Assembly: GCA_964010765.1 (NCBI GenBank)
Contig: CAXGMD010000102.1
Span: 1 to 10,023 of the forward strand
Reading direction: 5' to 3'
Source: an uncultured bacterium
Lineage (GTDB): Bacteria; SAR324; NAC60-12
DNA: 10,023 nt
The translations under genes and the position numbers were made by a program. Positions 7,634 through 10,023 of this stretch are shown piece by piece. The number at the start of each line of letters is the position of its first letter. Position 1 is the first letter of the stretch. The notes beneath the pieces are model-generated. The model worked only from the letters and a program-made list of their open reading frames with translations, did not search any database and had not been told where the DNA came from.

Positions 7634-8689
7634 TTAGGCCAGATGCAACTCTTGGTGCAAAGCGATAGACTTATTTCGGCGAAAATCTGCTTGGGAATGT
7701 TGTGATTTGGGGGAAGGTCTTGAAATGGGAATTTTTGAAATTTTGGGGAAGCGTTCCAGAGGAAGGCGAAACTGAATCTTTTCTTCGGTCACAGGAACTT
7801 CTTCAATTACAAGAGTTCTTCTGAGCGCTAATCGGTCAAGGAGTCTCTGCACAAGATATTCAGGAGCCGAAGCACCTGCCGTCAAGCCCAAAACGTTGAC
7901 ATCATCCAACCACGCTAAATTCAGTTCGTCGGGTTCAGGAACCAAGCGGACTCTTTGACAGCCAACCTGTCTCGCCACTTCGGTCAGACGTGTCGAATTT
8001 GAGGAAGTAGGGCTACCTAGCACAAGGAACGCCTCAGCTCCTGATGCGATAGTCCGGGTTGCCTGCTGCCGGTTCGTTGTTGCGTAGCAAATGGTCTCCT
8101 TACGTGGCTCAATCAACTTGGGGAAGCGCTTGCGCAGTACCTCAACGATTTGCCCAGTATCTTCTACAGAGAATGTCGTTTGCGTAACGTATGCGACTGA
8201 CTGATGGATGGGAATCTGAATATTTCGGGCAGTTTCAATATCATCAATCACCTGACAGTCTTTGGTAGGTAGATGCCCTAAGAGACCAATTATCTCAGGG
8301 TGATTTTTCTTACCAATCACCAATATTTGACAGCCGGCTTTGTGATGGCGAACCGCCTCTTGATGGACTCTGGCCACTAAGGGACAGGTGGCATCAATCG
8401 TAGGAAGTTCCCGTTCTTTAGCTGCATTGACAACAGATGGAGGAACGCCGTGAGCAGAAAACACAACTGGCACACCATCTGGAACCTCTGATAATTCCTC
8501 AACAAAGATCACTCCTTTGGCTTCCATCTCTCTCAGAACGTGCTCATTGTGGACAATCGCATGGCGCACATAGACAGGGGCCCCATAGCGTTCCAGACAG
8601 GCTTCAACGATCTGGATGGCTCGGGTTACTCCAGCACAGAAACTCCGAGGCGCAGCCAGCAACACTTTCAACGGGAGATGTGATTCCAT
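7634..8689 (-). CDS. ispH: 4-hydroxy-3-methylbut-2-enyl diphosphate reductase (IspH/LytB)
   Basis: All three Fe-S cysteine motifs (FCAGV, DATCP, ICYAT) are present, along with IVHN, SAHG, HPE (catalytic Glu), QTT, SSNS and TAGASAP. The start overlaps the blh 3' end by 22 nt. Confidence 0.96.
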   Translation of the reverse strand: MESHLPLKVLLAAPRSFCAGVTRAIQIVEACLERYGAPVYVRHAIVHNEHVLREMEAKGVIFVEELSEVPDGVPVVFSAHGVPPSVVNAAKERELPTIDATCPLVARVHQEAVRHHKAGCQILVIGKKNHPEIIGLLGHLPTKDCQVIDDIETARNIQIPIHQSVAYVTQTTFSVEDTGQIVEVLRKRFPKLIEPRKETICYATTNRQQATRTIASGAEAFLVLGSPTSSNSTRLTEVARQVGCQRVRLVPEPDELNLAWLDDVNVLGLTAGASAPEYLVQRLLDRLALRRTLVIEEVPVTEEKIQFRLPLERFPKISKIPISRPSPKSQHSQADFRRNKSIALHQELHLA

Positions 8690-9660
8690 GAGAATTCTCG
8701 CTCAGGAGTCGAAAAGACCGGCAGAGGTCGCCGGAGGTCGAAAACTAACCAATGCAAAACCACATGTGGAAGGGTCAGAGCCGCAAGACCAATGAATATC
8801 ACCTGCAAGCCACCCCACTCCAGAGCACGGTTGGGTAGCCAAATCCAGGCAAACAGAGCCATGACCATTGCAGCCAAACTTAGAGGCCGAGCCTGCTTCC
8901 AAAATTGACGGAGTGGCTTTGATTCATTCGGAAAAAGCCACTGTGCCATCTCTTGGCTGTGCCGTAAGGAATGATGAAGGCAAAAGTAGAGAACAAAGCC
9001 TTCCAAGGGAGATAGCAGAACGAAGCAGAGTATGATCAGGATAGATTCTGTGATTTGTTCAATGATTTTGCCTAATGGTCCACCAATCTGCCACCAGCGA
9101 GCATAAATCAGGACTCCAAGGAGACACAGAGGCGCAAAGAGTGTGGCTCCAAAAATTGCGATGCCTTGAGCATGCTCGGCCAGCTCAGGTTGAAGCAACA
9201 GGGGAGCAAGCAGTTGCCCCGTTGTTTCAGTTGCAAAAAATGCTGGAGCGCAGAGTGGTAAAAGGCCCCGAAACGCAACATGTGTCCAGTAGAGCCTTTC
9301 TCCCAGATCCAATGCCGCAGTGTCTTCTTGCCCAAAGTGGAGAACGGACAACAATAGGAAAAGAGAGAGCAACATTGCTGGCCACTGGATCCAGCAGACG
9401 AGAACTAGCCCAAGCAGGCCCAGATAAAAAAATCCGAAACTAAATGGCCAAATTCGCCCTTGCATTGGTTCAAGCCAAGAACGGCCAACTTGATGATCCA
9501 AAGCGCCGTGTGGCAAGCCTAGCAGAGAAATCAATAGAAACAGAAAACCCCAGTGCCATTCTTGCCAAGCAAACCACTCCTTCATACCTGCCAATAGGAA
9601 CAGTCCACCAAGTAACAGGAAAAGTCGTTGTTGTCCCCCACTCAGTTGGATATTGGGCAC
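8668..9660 (-). CDS. blh: Brp/Blh family beta-carotene 15,15'-dioxygenase (retinal synthesis)
   Basis: Hydrophobic multi-TM protein with the Blh histidine motifs GLPHGALD, HFG, HSLRH and AALTLPH. It lies directly downstream of crtY. GTG start with SD-like AGGGGG inside the crtY 3' end. Confidence 0.93.
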   Translation of the reverse strand: MPNIQLSGGQQRLFLLLGGLFLLAGMKEWFAWQEWHWGFLFLLISLLGLPHGALDHQVGRSWLEPMQGRIWPFSFGFFYLGLLGLVLVCWIQWPAMLLSLFLLLSVLHFGQEDTAALDLGERLYWTHVAFRGLLPLCAPAFFATETTGQLLAPLLLQPELAEHAQGIAIFGATLFAPLCLLGVLIYARWWQIGGPLGKIIEQITESILIILCFVLLSPLEGFVLYFCLHHSLRHSQEMAQWLFPNESKPLRQFWKQARPLSLAAMVMALFAWIWLPNRALEWGGLQVIFIGLAALTLPHVVLHWLVFDLRRPLPVFSTPEREFSWNHISR

Positions 9661-9663
9661 TGA

Positions 9664-10023
9664 CTAGACCCCCTGAATCTGGGTAGTTACCATTTCTTTT
9701 TTCTGCAAAAAGGTTGGAAAAAGACTTTGCTTGAGAAAGATTCCAGAGGGCAAACAAGTAGTTACCTCCCACAGATCTTTCAGTGATGCAGTATCAGCCA
9801 GGAAGCGCACTAGCGCATCCGGGTTTGCATATCGAAACAAACGCCAAAACAATTCAGGACCTCGTTTTGGATTTTCCTGAAGAACCCTGAGAAAAGTGGC
9901 ATCCAACAATCGAGATTGTGTGCTGTAATAATCTGGGAAGTGATCCCACTCTCCCTTTAGCAGTTGATCCGCAAGCCGTTGTGCCTGACGCTGAATTGCC
10001 AAGAACGCATAGCCAGTGCTGGG
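9664..10023 (-). CDS. crtY: Lycopene beta-cyclase, C-terminal part; truncated by right window edge
   Basis: The frame is open to the edge and reads PSTGYAFLAIQRQAQRLA...LDATFLRVL...GPELFWRLF...LVRFL, the conserved CrtY/lycopene cyclase C-terminal motifs. The TAG lies 3 nt before the blh start. The TTG start given in the ORF track (10002) is an internal Leu. Confidence 0.9.
   Translation of the reverse strand, partial: PSTGYAFLAIQRQAQRLADQLLKGEWDHFPDYYSTQSRLLDATFLRVLQENPKRGPELFWRLFRYANPDALVRFLADTASLKDLWEVTTCLPSGIFLKQSLFPTFLQKKEMVTTQIQGV

Noticed and set aside
7265..9772. ORFs 7265-7546, 8437-8691, 9075-9443, 9444-9686 (+) and 8702-8902, 9108-9335, 9470-9772 (-)
   Set aside because: Alternative-frame or antisense shadows of the phosphatase, ispH, blh and crtY.

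Overview
Bacterial chromosomal window with three blocks. (1) The 5' two-thirds of an aconitate hydratase A gene (acnA, minus strand, start 1934, running off the left edge), which the ORF track misses. (2) Divergent from it, a complete general L-amino-acid ABC transporter operon (aapJQMP/bztABCD type, 2380-6856, plus strand). (3) Converging on that, the tail of a minus-strand carotenoid/retinal cluster: crtY (partial, right edge), blh (Brp/Blh beta-carotene 15,15'-dioxygenase) and ispH, followed by a small CX5R (PTP/DSP-fold) phosphatase. The most notable feature is ispH overlapping blh in the slot usually held by idi in proteorhodopsin-linked retinal operons (crtE-crtI-crtB-crtY-blh-idi). This suggests an alternative IPP/DMAPP supply module and a rhodopsin gene beyond the right edge. 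The gene content suggests a marine photoheterotroph, but taxonomy cannot be established from this window. No rRNA, tRNA, CRISPR array or mobile element was recognised.
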